NCBI RefSeq assembly: GCF_011386835.1
Contig: NC_088792.1
Location: forward strand, 287,246,463 to 287,310,000
DNA: 63,538 nucleotides
Reading direction: 5' to 3'
Source: Chrysemys picta bellii
Lineage: Eukaryota
The translations under genes and the position numbers were made by a program. The notes under the pieces are model-generated. The model was given only the letters and a program-made list of their open reading frames with translations. It ran no database searches and was not told the DNA's origin. Shown here in pieces: positions 11,901 through 20,750 of this stretch (position 1 is the first letter of the stretch; each line of letters opens with the position of its first letter).

Positions 11901-13542
11901 TTCCTACCAACACATCAGCCGGAATCAAATCCCGGACAGCAGCCTTCACATCCCCTTTAAAGCCATCCCACTCCAGGTGGATTCTAGCCATCGGCAGGTT
12001 CACAGAATACTCGGATAACGCCACTACCGTCACATACTCCCCTGGCAGCATGTCCTCCGGCTTCACCAGATGTCCCTTGACTATAGTTACATCCGAGCCA
12101 GTGTCTCGCCATCCCGTGCATTCAACATCATTGACCTTTGCCTCCATGATAAACCTCTCACTCCCCTGCCACGCCTCAGTCCTGACATAACTGGTGAGCT
12201 TATCACCTCCTCCCATGCCACTGGAGACGATGGGGTTAACATTAGCTACTGCTGTGCTTGCACCTGAACTTAAGGTGGAGCTGTTGTGGCTTGGTTCAGC
12301 CTGAGTGCTCAGGGTAATGGAGTTGGCATTTATCGTGGCATTTGGGGTTGCTGGCTTTGGGCTGCCCTTCAGGGTCGGGCAATCTGGTCTCATGTGGCCC
12401 AGCATACCACAGTGATAGCATGTAATCTGTTCCGTCCTGGGATAAGAGTTCCTACCCTCCGGGCCCCCTTGAACTCCTCTAGAAGAGTCAGGGACAGATT
12501 TACTTTTAAATCCCTCCCTCCTCTTGAACTGGGGAGAATGGTGATTAGTTTTCCCCGGGGTTTTACACCCTTCTCGAGCCCTGTTCTGGGTATGGGCATC
12601 CGCAATCTCTGCTGCCCGTAGGACTGACTCAGGGTCCCTGTCACACACAGCTGCTCTCACATGGTCAGGCACAATATCTAAGAACTGTTCCAAAGTTATT
12701 AAATCCAGCAGTTTTTCAAAACTCCCATGCGCCTTGGCTCCCACAACCCACTTTTTAACAAAACCCATCAGCTTATGAGCACATTCTACAAAAGTACAAT
12801 CCTTAGGCATTTTAAACTCTCTAAACTTAACTCTGTAAGATTCAGGAGTAACCTTGAATCGCCTTAACACAGAATCTTTAAACTGCCCATAATCCAAGGC
12901 TTCTTGTTCCCCCAAGTCATTAAATACCTCCCTGGCTTTTCCAGTCAGTCTGGTCAGCAGGACAGGCATTCGCTGACCCTCAGGGATCTGGTACAGATTG
13001 CAGAGGCGTTCAAAGGTAGACAAAAACTCCTCTATATCCTCAGTATCGTTGTAAATGGGACACATTCTTTCCCAGTTTTTCTCATGGCGTGGGGGAAGTG
13101 GAGTACCAGGTGGGGATGACTTTCTCCGCTCTTCCAGTACTTGGAGCTGAAGTCTGGCCGTCTCCTGTTCCATCTTGTGAGTCTCCTGCTCAGCAGCGAG
13201 CAGCTCTAGACGTCCCTTACGAGCTCTCTCTTCTCTCTCATCAGCCTCCTTCTCTCTCTCACTTTCTAATTCTGCTATTTTTTGCTTCTCCAGCAATCGA
13301 AGATCTGCTAGCTTCTGTTCATGCTCAAATTGCAGTTGACTTGTCACCCTTTGCATTCTAATTTTTTCTGCCTCTTCTGCAGCCTCAGGTAAGGGCTGTG
13401 CTCTTGCCCCCTGATCACTGGCTATTAACAGATTTCTCAGTTCCTGATTTGTAGCTTTCTTTCTAAAGCTTATCCTCTTTTCTGAACACAAATTTTCCAG
13501 GGCTTTTTTGCCAAGTCCCTCATATGCTCTTTGCTCAGCCAT
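8950..13542 (-). CDS. Gag-Pol polyprotein, 1530 aa: capsid/SCAN-like, CCHC knuckle, protease, integrase, RT, RNase H
   Basis: CYHCGMLGHMRPDC (12379-12420); protease DTG (12097-12105); integrase HHCC plus DIVGP and SDRGSNF (about 11090-11500); RT LDLTKGYWQ and YIDD (about 9750-9950); RNase H DAS and ADALSR (about 8960-9320). No stops or frameshifts. Confidence 0.97.
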   Translation of the reverse strand: MAEQRAYEGLGKKALENLCSEKRISFRKKATNQELRNLLIASDQGARAQPLPEAAEEAEKIRMQRVTSQLQFEHEQKLADLRLLEKQKIAELESEREKEADEREERARKGRLELLAAEQETHKMEQETARLQLQVLEERRKSSPPGTPLPPRHEKNWERMCPIYNDTEDIEEFLSTFERLCNLYQIPEGQRMPVLLTRLTGKAREVFNDLGEQEALDYGQFKDSVLRRFKVTPESYRVKFREFKMPKDCTFVECAHKLMGFVKKWVVGAKAHGSFEKLLDLITLEQFLDIVPDHVRAAVCDRDPESVLRAAEIADAHTQNRAREGCKTPGKTNHHSPQFKRREGFKSKSVPDSSRGVQGGPEGRNSYPRTEQITCYHCGMLGHMRPDCPTLKGSPKPATPNATINANSITLSTQAEPSHNSSTLSSGASTAVANVNPIVSSGMGGGDKLTSYVRTEAWQGSERFIMEAKVNDVECTGWRDTGSDVTIVKGHLVKPEDMLPGEYVTVVALSEYSVNLPMARIHLEWDGFKGDVKAAVRDLIPADVLVGNNILGVPGQVNVVTRSQKEFGAVADTRTDGSEGGSKQTESASQDGSGEGLSEISEMILNPNKTQSEFIVAQQSDVSLERARNDAQSQVPACEERGRFFMQDGLLYREPPRGRKNSQATARKQLVVPESYRNDLLKLAHDSPFAGHLGVGKTCDRLEQNFYWPHLFGSVRDYCRSCELCQKRKGLRGPSKVPLQPLPIIGEAFARVAVDIVGPLPKPSRNGKKYILVLVDFATRYPEAVALANIEAETVAVALFSIFSRVGFPKEILSDRGSNFMSVVFKQLWELCGVKHLKAAPYHPQTNGLVERFNGTLKSMLKMYVDRRQNDWDVMLPYLLYAYRSVPQESTGFAPFELLYGRQVRGPLDLVRDSWEGNVEEAEQPVAEYVAQFKESLQEMMKLVEQNLKESQDTQKAWYDRDAKERAFEIGDMVLVLDPVRKNKMKDVWSGPMEVVERINEVTYDVRKPQVQGSVQTVHVNRMKAYHAREVNVNTICYAEEEAGSAPLIDMVAESQEETPLESIEMGEDLTPPQRKELLRLLKHHKQTFSNRPGLTDRMTHSIQTVGPRPAPSRAYRAKGEMQRQIQEEVESMLTMGIITRSQSPWASPIVMVPKKDKTMRFCVDYRKLNAITQPDPYPTPRIEDLLDTLGGARFISTLDLTKGYWQIPLDAEAQGKSAFIVESGLYEFKVLPFGMRNSGATFMRLINEVLRGLESFARAYIDDLAVFSSSWQDHLNHIGIVLHRLREANLTVKVSKCRMGAAEVTYLGHRVGNGQLRPEPVKVEAIKNWPTPRTKKQVQSFIGLANYYRRFVQGFSDIVAPITDLTKKEKPDRVLWTEACEQGFQSIKSALAKEPVLASPDFEKPFLLCTDASNIGLGAVLMQEGEGGKRHPVAYLSKKLSPTEQNYATIEKECYAIVWAVKQLKPYLYNKKFTVLSDHAPLVWLHRAKGNNSRLLRWSLALQEYEMDIVHIRGKENIVADALSRVESS

Positions 13543-13648
13543 TGCAGCAGCTCTTTAACCAACAAAACTCTCAATCCCAAAATTCAAATTTGGACAGCGT
13601 GGGGTTCTGACCCAAAGCTTAATTGACCTGGTTCTGTGGATCCAAGCA

Positions 13649-13659
13649 CGACTACGCCA
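13649..13659 (-). other. Primer-binding site complementary to the tRNA-Ser 3' end
   Basis: The minus strand reads TGGCGTAGTCG one base after the 5' LTR. This matches 11 nt of the vertebrate tRNA-Ser(AGA/TGA) 3' end (...CGACUACGCCA), recalled from memory. Confidence 0.8.
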
Positions 13660-13660
13660 C

Positions 13661-14712
13661 TGTGACAATGCGGTTCTGGCGGAACCCAACTGAGAGTGCC
13701 AACTCAGGACAAATTGCTCAAATAGGGCAGTTACAGCCCAAGGCTGGGGTTTTTTCCACCTCTAAGGCAAACCAAACCAGCCAGACTAGGAGAACTTCGG
13801 TCTCATCCCCTGGCTAACCGCAAGTCTCACAAGCAATCTCCTTAGACACTCCAGTTTCCCAATATTACCACCAGTGCCACTCGTTATGGGGACAAATGGT
13901 TATGAAAACCAATACCCCAGTAGAAGAAAAAGGTTCTCCTGATCCCAAAGGACCAAGCCCCAGACCCAGGTCAATATACAAATCGGATCTTCCCCACAAA
14001 TCACGCTGTTGCCAATCCTTCAGAATCTAAAATCTAAAGGTTTATTCATAAAAGGAAAAAGATAGAGATGAGAGTTAGAATTGGTTAAATGGAATCAATT
14101 ACATACAGTAATGGCACAGTTCTTGGTTCAGGCTTGCAGCAGCGATGGAATAAACTGCAGGTTCAAATCAAGTCTCTGGAATACATCCCCCGCTGGGATG
14201 GGTCCTCAGTCCTTTGTTCAAAGCTTCAGCTTGTAGCAAAGTTCCTCCAGAGGTATGAAGCAGGATTGAAGACAAGATGGAGATGAGGCATCAGCCTTAT
14301 ATAGTCTTTTCCAGGTGTAAGAACAGCAAATGGAGTCTGGAGTCACATGGGCCAGTCCCTGCATACTTTGCTGAGTTACAAGGCGTATCTGCCTTCTCTC
14401 AATGGGTCCATTGTATAGCTGATGGTCCTTTAATGGGCCATCAAGCAGGCTAGGCAGAGCTAACACCATGTTGTCTGGGATGTCACCCAGCAGCATAGCC
14501 TAAGTTTGAAATACAGACAGTATAGAGCCAATATTCCTAACTTCAACTACAAAATTGATACATACATATAGACAGCATAATTATAACCAGTAAACCATCG
14601 CCTTGTCTTAGACACCCCATTTGACCCCCTTTACACAAGATCTGGGTGCCACTACAGGACCTTGGTTGCAACAATGATATATAGGGTCCCAGAGTATATC
14701 AATAACGTCACA
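13661..14712 (-). repeat. 5' LTR of the Gmr1-like element
   Basis: Direct repeat of 7843-8894, upstream of the PBS and ORF on the minus strand. Confidence 0.97.
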
Positions 14713-16168
14713 CCTGTGCACTGAGCTTTGCAGAAGTTGATTTTATAGTTTACTCCCATCACAATTATTCCTCTGTGCCCCCCAGGACCCTCCCCGGTGT
14801 GCACCTGGCAAATTACAGGATGGGGTGCTAGAAACAGAGTGCTGCTAGTTGGTTCCTAGTCCCCTCCCTGACCAAGTGCCCACCCCTTTAGCCAGTGGCT
14901 CTCAAAGTGTGGGGTGCATCCCCCAGGGGAGCACAGAGGAATGTTTTGGGGGAGCACATGGCATGGCTGGAGCCAGCCTGCAGGGCAGGGCAGGGAGGGA
15001 GTGCCACACTTCCATCCCTGCTCTGTCCCCAGACCAGCTTTGCCCCTAACTGCAGCTCCACACCCCACCGCCTGCCCCAGCCCAGCTCTGTTCTCATTCC
15101 TGCTCTGCCCCCAGCCCAGCTCCGACCCCACCTCCCCCTTCAGCCCAAGCTTCACTGATGAGGAAGCCTGGGCTGTGCAGTAATGGGGGTGGGGAGGGGG
15201 GGCGTGGACAGATTAAATTTCTGGTAAGTGGGGGGAGCGACTGGAAAACTTTGAGCACCATTGACCTGACTGACACTCTCAGAACAGTGACCTGACTTTA
15301 GTCACAACTTTCTCATTATCTCAAAACCAGGACCCTACACTCAGCGTATCTGAACCTCCACCAGGGTCATGTTCCCCACTGATTTAAAGAGAAAAAGGGT
15401 TTCTATGGAGGAGGCTGAGCACTGACTTGGTCTATTTCCACAGTTAGACAAAATAGTGACTCAAAGACACTGACAGGCAGTCAACACACTGTTTATTTCC
15501 GCTCTATTTCAGTTGACATCCCAGAGGAGTCTATGATCTAAGGTAACAATGGAGAGGTAGGTTTGAAAACTCTAAAGACACGTAAAGAGGGGCTTTCGAG
15601 TCTAAAGAGGCAGAGAAGCCTCTCCAAGTACCTTTCAGGATCGTGGACCAGGTGTTGGGATCCCAGCCCCCTTCCTGACACCCTACTTCAGAACAGTGAC
15701 CGGGTTTTTGTCACAATTGTTCTTCTAATACCTCAGACTGGACCCTACAACCCACACCTCTGAACGCTCAGCAGGGTCCTGGTCCACCCCTTCACATGAA
15801 AGCGATCGCTATAAACAGGGAGGGGAACGGCCCTGGCAGAAACGAGGGGTGGGATCTCTCTCTACAGATTAAACATCAAATAGAGAATTAAAGGAACTAG
15901 AGCTCACCACGACACAAAAGTTTATACTTAAAATAAAATCCTTTAATTTGTAGTTCAGGAGAGGGATAAAATTGTACAAACCCCCAAACCCTAATACAAA
16001 GCATCGCACAGTCCCTGCTCCTCCAGGAAGACACTTAGAGCACAGAACAGCTCCTGGCAGCCCAGGAATGGGCTCCCAACATTCGCACCCAGACCAATGG
16101 CTGCGCTAGGTGGGCTGAGTGGAATCGATGGAACAGAGTCCCAGGGTTACTGGAGTCGGTGGCTGGTT

Positions 16169-16828
16169 TCAGGAATCTCTGGGGCTGGTCCCCTCGCTCT
16201 CTCCTCCTGTCTCCATCTTCTCGCTGCTCCCCGGCTCCTTTCCCTCCGTGGCCAGGTTTCCTTCTCCTGCCTTCACCCCCTGGCAGACGGTGATGGGAAC
16301 GGCTCTCCCTTCTGCAGCTGGCAGGGCCAGATGTGGCGCCTCGATGCAGAGCTGCCCATCCTGGGACAGGGAGCAGAGCACGGCCTCCACGTTCACGTCT
16401 TCCGGCAGGAGAGTTTCTCTGCGGATCTCTCTGTATTCGTGGGAGCAGACTCCAGCCTCCGACGCCGTTTTCTTCTCCTGCTTCCCCGTCACCGTCAGCT
16501 TCCTCCCGGCCACTCTCACCATCAGCTCAGCTGGGGAGAAGCCGCTCACGTCCATGGAGAGCTGGAACTTGTCCTTCCCCTGCACCTGGGATCCGGGCTC
16601 CTTCCCAGCCCCCTCCGCCAGGGACTGGCTGCTCGGCCTCGGCCTCCTCCCCTCACCCTCCCCGCAGAGAAGGGGAGAAGCCAGAAGGAGGGAGTGTCTC
16701 AGTCGCTCCATCTCCTCCAGGTGCGTCTGCACGTCCCCCACCAGCTGGGCCAAGAGGCTGTGGGGCCCCGGCCCCAGGAGCCTGGGCACTGGGGCGCTGC
16801 TGCCAAGCCACACTCGGAGCGGGAGCAT
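16169..16828 (-). CDS. HSP30: Small heat-shock protein, HSP30/HSPB9-like, copy A (219 aa, intronless)
   Basis: Alpha-crystallin domain (FQLSMDVSGFSPAELMVRV.GRKLTVTGKQE...LPEDVNVEAVLCSLSQDGQLCIEAP) followed by an LALPAAEGRAVPI C-terminal V-P-I motif. TATA and HSE lie upstream. Confidence 0.92.
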   Translation of the reverse strand: MLPLRVWLGSSAPVPRLLGPGPHSLLAQLVGDVQTHLEEMERLRHSLLLASPLLCGEGEGRRPRPSSQSLAEGAGKEPGSQVQGKDKFQLSMDVSGFSPAELMVRVAGRKLTVTGKQEKKTASEAGVCSHEYREIRRETLLPEDVNVEAVLCSLSQDGQLCIEAPHLALPAAEGRAVPITVCQGVKAGEGNLATEGKEPGSSEKMETGGESEGTSPRDS

Positions 16829-16953
16829 CCTGCCCCCCCGGGGCCTGGAGCCGCTGGGCCGAGTTCAGCTGCTGAGACGCTGCTGCTGGAGCCGCCTCTG
16901 CCTGACTCCCTGCCCGGCTGCTGCTCACTGGCTCCGGCAGCCCCCGCGCCGCC

Positions 16954-16998
16954 TTTTATAGCCTGCTCTGGCCGCGCCGGGCCCTTCGGGAACCTTCC
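16954..16998 (-). promoter_or_regulatory. Copy A promoter: TATAAAA (16954-16960) and perfect 3-unit HSE (16984-16998)
   Basis: The minus strand reads gGAAggTTCccGAAg about 24 bp upstream of TATAAAA, matching the nGAAnnTTCnnGAAn consensus. Confidence 0.88.
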
Positions 16999-18146
16999 CG
17001 CTGCTGGGGGCGGGGCCTGGCGCTGCTCGGGAGGGGCGGGGCTGCGGGCGGGGCCTGGCTCTGCTCGGGAGGGGCGGGGCTGCGGGCGGGGCCTGGCGCT
17101 GTCGGGAGGGGCGGGGCTGGGGCGGGGCCTGGCTCTGCTCGGCTGCGGGGGCCGAGCAGCTTCCAGCAGCCGCTGGCGGGCAGAGCTCCCGGATGGACTT
17201 TGCTGCATCCTTCCCGATCCCGCTGTGTTGGGGGGGTCGGGTCTCATGCCGGGGGTACGGGCTGGAGCGGGAGGGGGGGTTCAGGGCCGGGGGTACGGGC
17301 TGGAGCCGGGGAGACAGTCCCCGGGCGGGGGGGCGGGTTGGACAGTCCATGTGCGGAGCAGACACGGGAGACGGGCGAACACCCCCCACAGCGCACGTGT
17401 AATAAACAGTAACAGACACTCGTGTCCGGTCCGGGGGGGTCACACCCTGCAGCTGTCTCTGCCCCCCGCCCCCAGCGGCTCCTCCTAGGCTCTGTCCATT
17501 CACAAACACGAGGCAGGAGCTTCAGGGCACCTGAGAAACCCTCCAAGTTTGGCAGCCCCACAAACGGCAGATCGGGGGGGCACTTTATCCCAAATGTGAA
17601 TCTGGTTCCTCAAGGGCGGGGCGGAGTGGGAGCGGGAGGGAGGAGAAATATCCCGTTCGCGGGGGGCGAGGGGGAGGCTTCTGCTCGGCGCTGGTCCGGG
17701 AGCGGGGGTCTGTGCTACAGGGCTCGGAACCCCCCCCCCGCGCAGAGCCGGGCTCCAGCCTGTGCCCCGCCGCTGAACCCGCCCCCCCCCCCGCTCCAGC
17801 GCGTGCCCCCGGCATGAGACCCGACCCCCCCGCTCCAGCCCGTGCCCCCGGCATGAGACCCGACCCCCCACCCGCAACACAGCGGGATCGGGAAGGATCC
17901 AGCAAAGTCCATCCGGGAGCTCCGCCCGCCAGCGGCTGCTGGAAGCTGCTGGGCCCCCGCAGCCGAGCAGAGCCAGGCCCCGCCCCAGCCCCGCCCCTCC
18001 CGACAGCGCCAGGCCCCGCCCGCAGCCCCGCCCCTCCCGAGCAGAGCCAGGCCCCGCCCGCAGCCCCGCCCCTCCCGAGCAGCGCCAGGCCCCGCCCCCA
18101 GCCCCGCCCCTCCCGAGCAGCGCCAGGCCCCGCCCCCGCAGCAGCG

Positions 18147-18191
18147 GGAAGGTTCCCGAAGGGCCCGGCGCGGCCCCAGCAGGCTATAAAA
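18147..18191 (+). promoter_or_regulatory. Copy B promoter: perfect HSE (18147-18161) and TATAAAA (18185-18191)
   Basis: gGAAggTTCccGAAg ... gcTATAAAAgg, with many GGGCGG boxes upstream. Confidence 0.88.
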
Positions 18192-18316
18192 GGCGGCGCG
18201 GGGGCTGCCGGAGCCAGTGAGCAGCAGCCGGGCAGGGAGTCAGGCAGAGGCGGCTCCAGCAGCAGCGTCTCAGCAGCTGAACTCGGCCCAGCGGCTCCAG
18301 GCCCCGGGGGGGCAGG

Positions 18317-18967
18317 ATGCTCCCGCTCCGAGTGTGGCTTGGCAGCAGCGCCCCAGTGCCCAGGCTCCTGGGGCCGGGGCCCCACAGCCTCTTGGCCCAG
18401 CTGGTGGGGGACGTGCAGACGCACCTGGAGGAGATGGAGCGACTGAGACACTTCCTCCTTCTGGCTTCTCCCCTTCTCTGCGGGGAGGGCGAGGGGAGGA
18501 GGCCGAGGCCGAGCAGCTGGTCCCTGGCGGAGGGGGCTGGGAAGGAGCCCGGCTCCCAGGCGCAGGGGAAGGACAAGTTCCAGCTCTCCATGGACGTGAG
18601 CGGCTTCTCCCCAGCTGAGCTGATGGTGAGAGTGGACGGGAGGAAGCTGACGGTGACGGGGAAGCAGGAGAAGAAAACAGCGTCGGAGGCTGGAGTCTGC
18701 TCCCACGAATACAGGGAGATCCGCAGAGAAACTCTCCTGCCGGAAGACGTGAACGTGGAGGCCGTGCTCTGCTCCTTGTCCCAGGATGGGCAGCTCTGCA
18801 TCGAGGCGCCACATCTGGCCCTGCTAGCTGCAGAAGGGAGAGCCGTTCCCATCAGCGTCTGCCAGGGGGTGAAGGCAGGAGAAGGAAACCTGGCCACGGA
18901 GGGAAAGGAGCCGGGGAGCAGCGGGACAGGAGGAGAGAGCGAGGGGACCAGCCCCAGAGATTCCTGA
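18317..18967 (+). CDS. HSP30: Small heat-shock protein, HSP30/HSPB9-like, copy B (216 aa)
   Basis: Near-identical protein to copy A, divergently transcribed. Confidence 0.92.
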   Translation: MLPLRVWLGSSAPVPRLLGPGPHSLLAQLVGDVQTHLEEMERLRHFLLLASPLLCGEGEGRRPRPSSWSLAEGAGKEPGSQAQGKDKFQLSMDVSGFSPAELMVRVDGRKLTVTGKQEKKTASEAGVCSHEYREIRRETLLPEDVNVEAVLCSLSQDGQLCIEAPHLALLAAEGRAVPISVCQGVKAGEGNLATEGKEPGSSGTGGESEGTSPRDS

Positions 18968-19704
18968 AACCAGCCACCAACTCCAGTAACCCTGGGACTG
19001 TGTTCCATCGATTCCACTCAGCCCACCTAGCGAAGCAACTGGTCTGGGTGCGAATGTTCGGGAGCCCATTCCTGGGCTGCCAGGAGCTGTTCTGTGCTCT
19101 AAGTGTCTCCCTGGAGGAGCAGGGACTGTGCGATGCTTTGTATTAGGGTTTGGGGTTTTGTGCAATTTTATCCCTCTCCTGAATTACAAATTAAAGGATT
19201 TTATTTTAAGTACAAACTTGTGTCGTGGTGAGCTCTAGTTCCTTTAATTCTCTATTTGATGTTTAACCTGTAGAGAGAGACCCCACCCCTCGTTTCTGCC
19301 AGGGCTGTTCCCCTCCCTGTTTATAGCGATCGCTTTCATGTGAAGGGGCGGACCAGGACCCTGCTGAGAGTTCAGAGCTGTGGGTTGTAGGGTCCAGTCT
19401 GAAGTATTAGAAAATCAGTTGTGACAAAAGCCAGTCACTGTTCTGAAGGAGGCTGTCAGGAACTGAAGCGGGCTGGGAACCCAACACCTGGGCCACGATC
19501 CTGAAAGGTACTTGAAGGAATTTCTCTGCCCCTTTAGACTCTAAGGCCCCTCTTACACATCTTTAGCATTTTCAAACCTACCTCTTAGTTGTCACCTTAG
19601 ATCATAGACCCCTCTGGGATGTCAAATTAAATAGAGCTTCTTAGTGGAAATACACAGTGTGTTGACTGCCTGTCACTGTCTTTAAGTCACTATTTTATGT
19701 CTAA

Positions 19705-19989
19705 AGGTACATCTACACTACAGGGGGGAGTCGATTTAAGATACGCAAATTCAGCTACGTGAATAGCGTAGCTGAATTCGACGTATCCCGGCCGACTTAC
19801 CCCGCTGTGAGGACGGCGGCAAAATCTACCTTTGCGGCTTCCTGTCGATGGCGCTTTCTCCCACCTCCGCTGGTGGAGTAAGAGCGTCGATTCGGGGATC
19901 GATTGTCGCGTCCCAACGGGACGCGATTAATCGATCCCCGAGAGGTCGATTTCTACCCGCCGATTCAGGCGGGTAGTGTAGACCTAGCC
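19705..19989. mobile_element. Non-autonomous PIF/Harbinger-like MITE
   Basis: Imperfect 17-bp TIRs (aggtacatctacactac / gtagtgtagacctagcc) and a TAA TSD at 19702-19704 and 19990-19992. It is absent from the homologous left arm and contains internal palindromes. Confidence 0.8.
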
Positions 19990-20750
19990 TAACTCTGGAA
20001 ATAGACCAAGTCAATTCTCAGTCTCCTTCATAGAAACACTGTTTTGAAGAGAAAAGGGTATCTGAGCTGATTTCAAGGCAGTAACAGACTTTTTAGGGTC
20101 ACCACTTTGTTGCAGGTTTAGTATATTAAAATAAGTAAAAGAATGCAATGATTGTTTTCTCTTGCATTGCAATTTGATGTTCCTGTTCAAATGCTCTGTG
20201 TAAATCAGTTCTGTGTTGTGTGTGAATGAGGAATGTGTGTGTTAAGATCTAAGTGTGAAGGCCATCACCGTACCAGATGTTTTAGGGATGAACCGAAGAC
20301 AGACGCAAGACATGGCGGTTGCAACACGCCCCTATTGAAGTGTCAGAGGAGGGCAGACTGACGACTCTAAAGATGAGACAGGCACCTATCGATGAGGCCA
20401 AGATAGCTGTGATCAGAACCAGAATGGGGTAACTCCTGGAGAGACTTGATGAAAGAAGAGGATAAAGGATGAGAAAAACAATTTAAGAAAACAAGCACTC
20501 TTCAAACGACAATTGATTACAGCATGAGAGTGCAAAACTCATTGGTCCCAATGAAGGAAAATCACTATATATGTAGATAAATCTCTGTATTAAGCATCTT
20601 CACATAACTTTCATATGACTTTATATTATGCCTCTCCATATAACCTTGTATTAAGCTATTTTTATACAATTCTATCTCTAGTCCTTTGATATAGGAATTT
20701 TGTATCGGATCCCTAGGTAGAAAAACTTATAGAAAACTTTGTGTTAGGCC

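Larger units (their letters stand above)
7843..14712 (-). mobile_element. Full-length Gmr1-like Ty3/Gypsy LTR retrotransposon
   Basis: Two 1052-bp LTRs (TGTGAC...GTCACA), a 5-bp TSD CCTGT at 7838-7842 and 14713-14717, a PBS, and a single intact Gag-Pol ORF. Confidence 0.97.
15399..20037. repeat. Large inverted repeat with arms about 15399-17230 and 17870-20037, containing HSP30 copies A and B
   Basis: The 3' flanks of A and B are reverse complements out to 'ggtttctatggaggag' (about 15400) and 'ctccttcatagaaac' (about 20035). The right arm is interrupted by a MITE. Confidence 0.9.

Noticed and set aside
16097-18814. Long overlapping ORFs (463, 409, 280, 277 aa) over the HSP30 genes, likewise 25668-26972 and 27300-28486
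   Set aside because: They are antisense or alternate-frame shadows of very GC-rich sequence with few stops, show no domain signal, and have inconsistent ends between copies.
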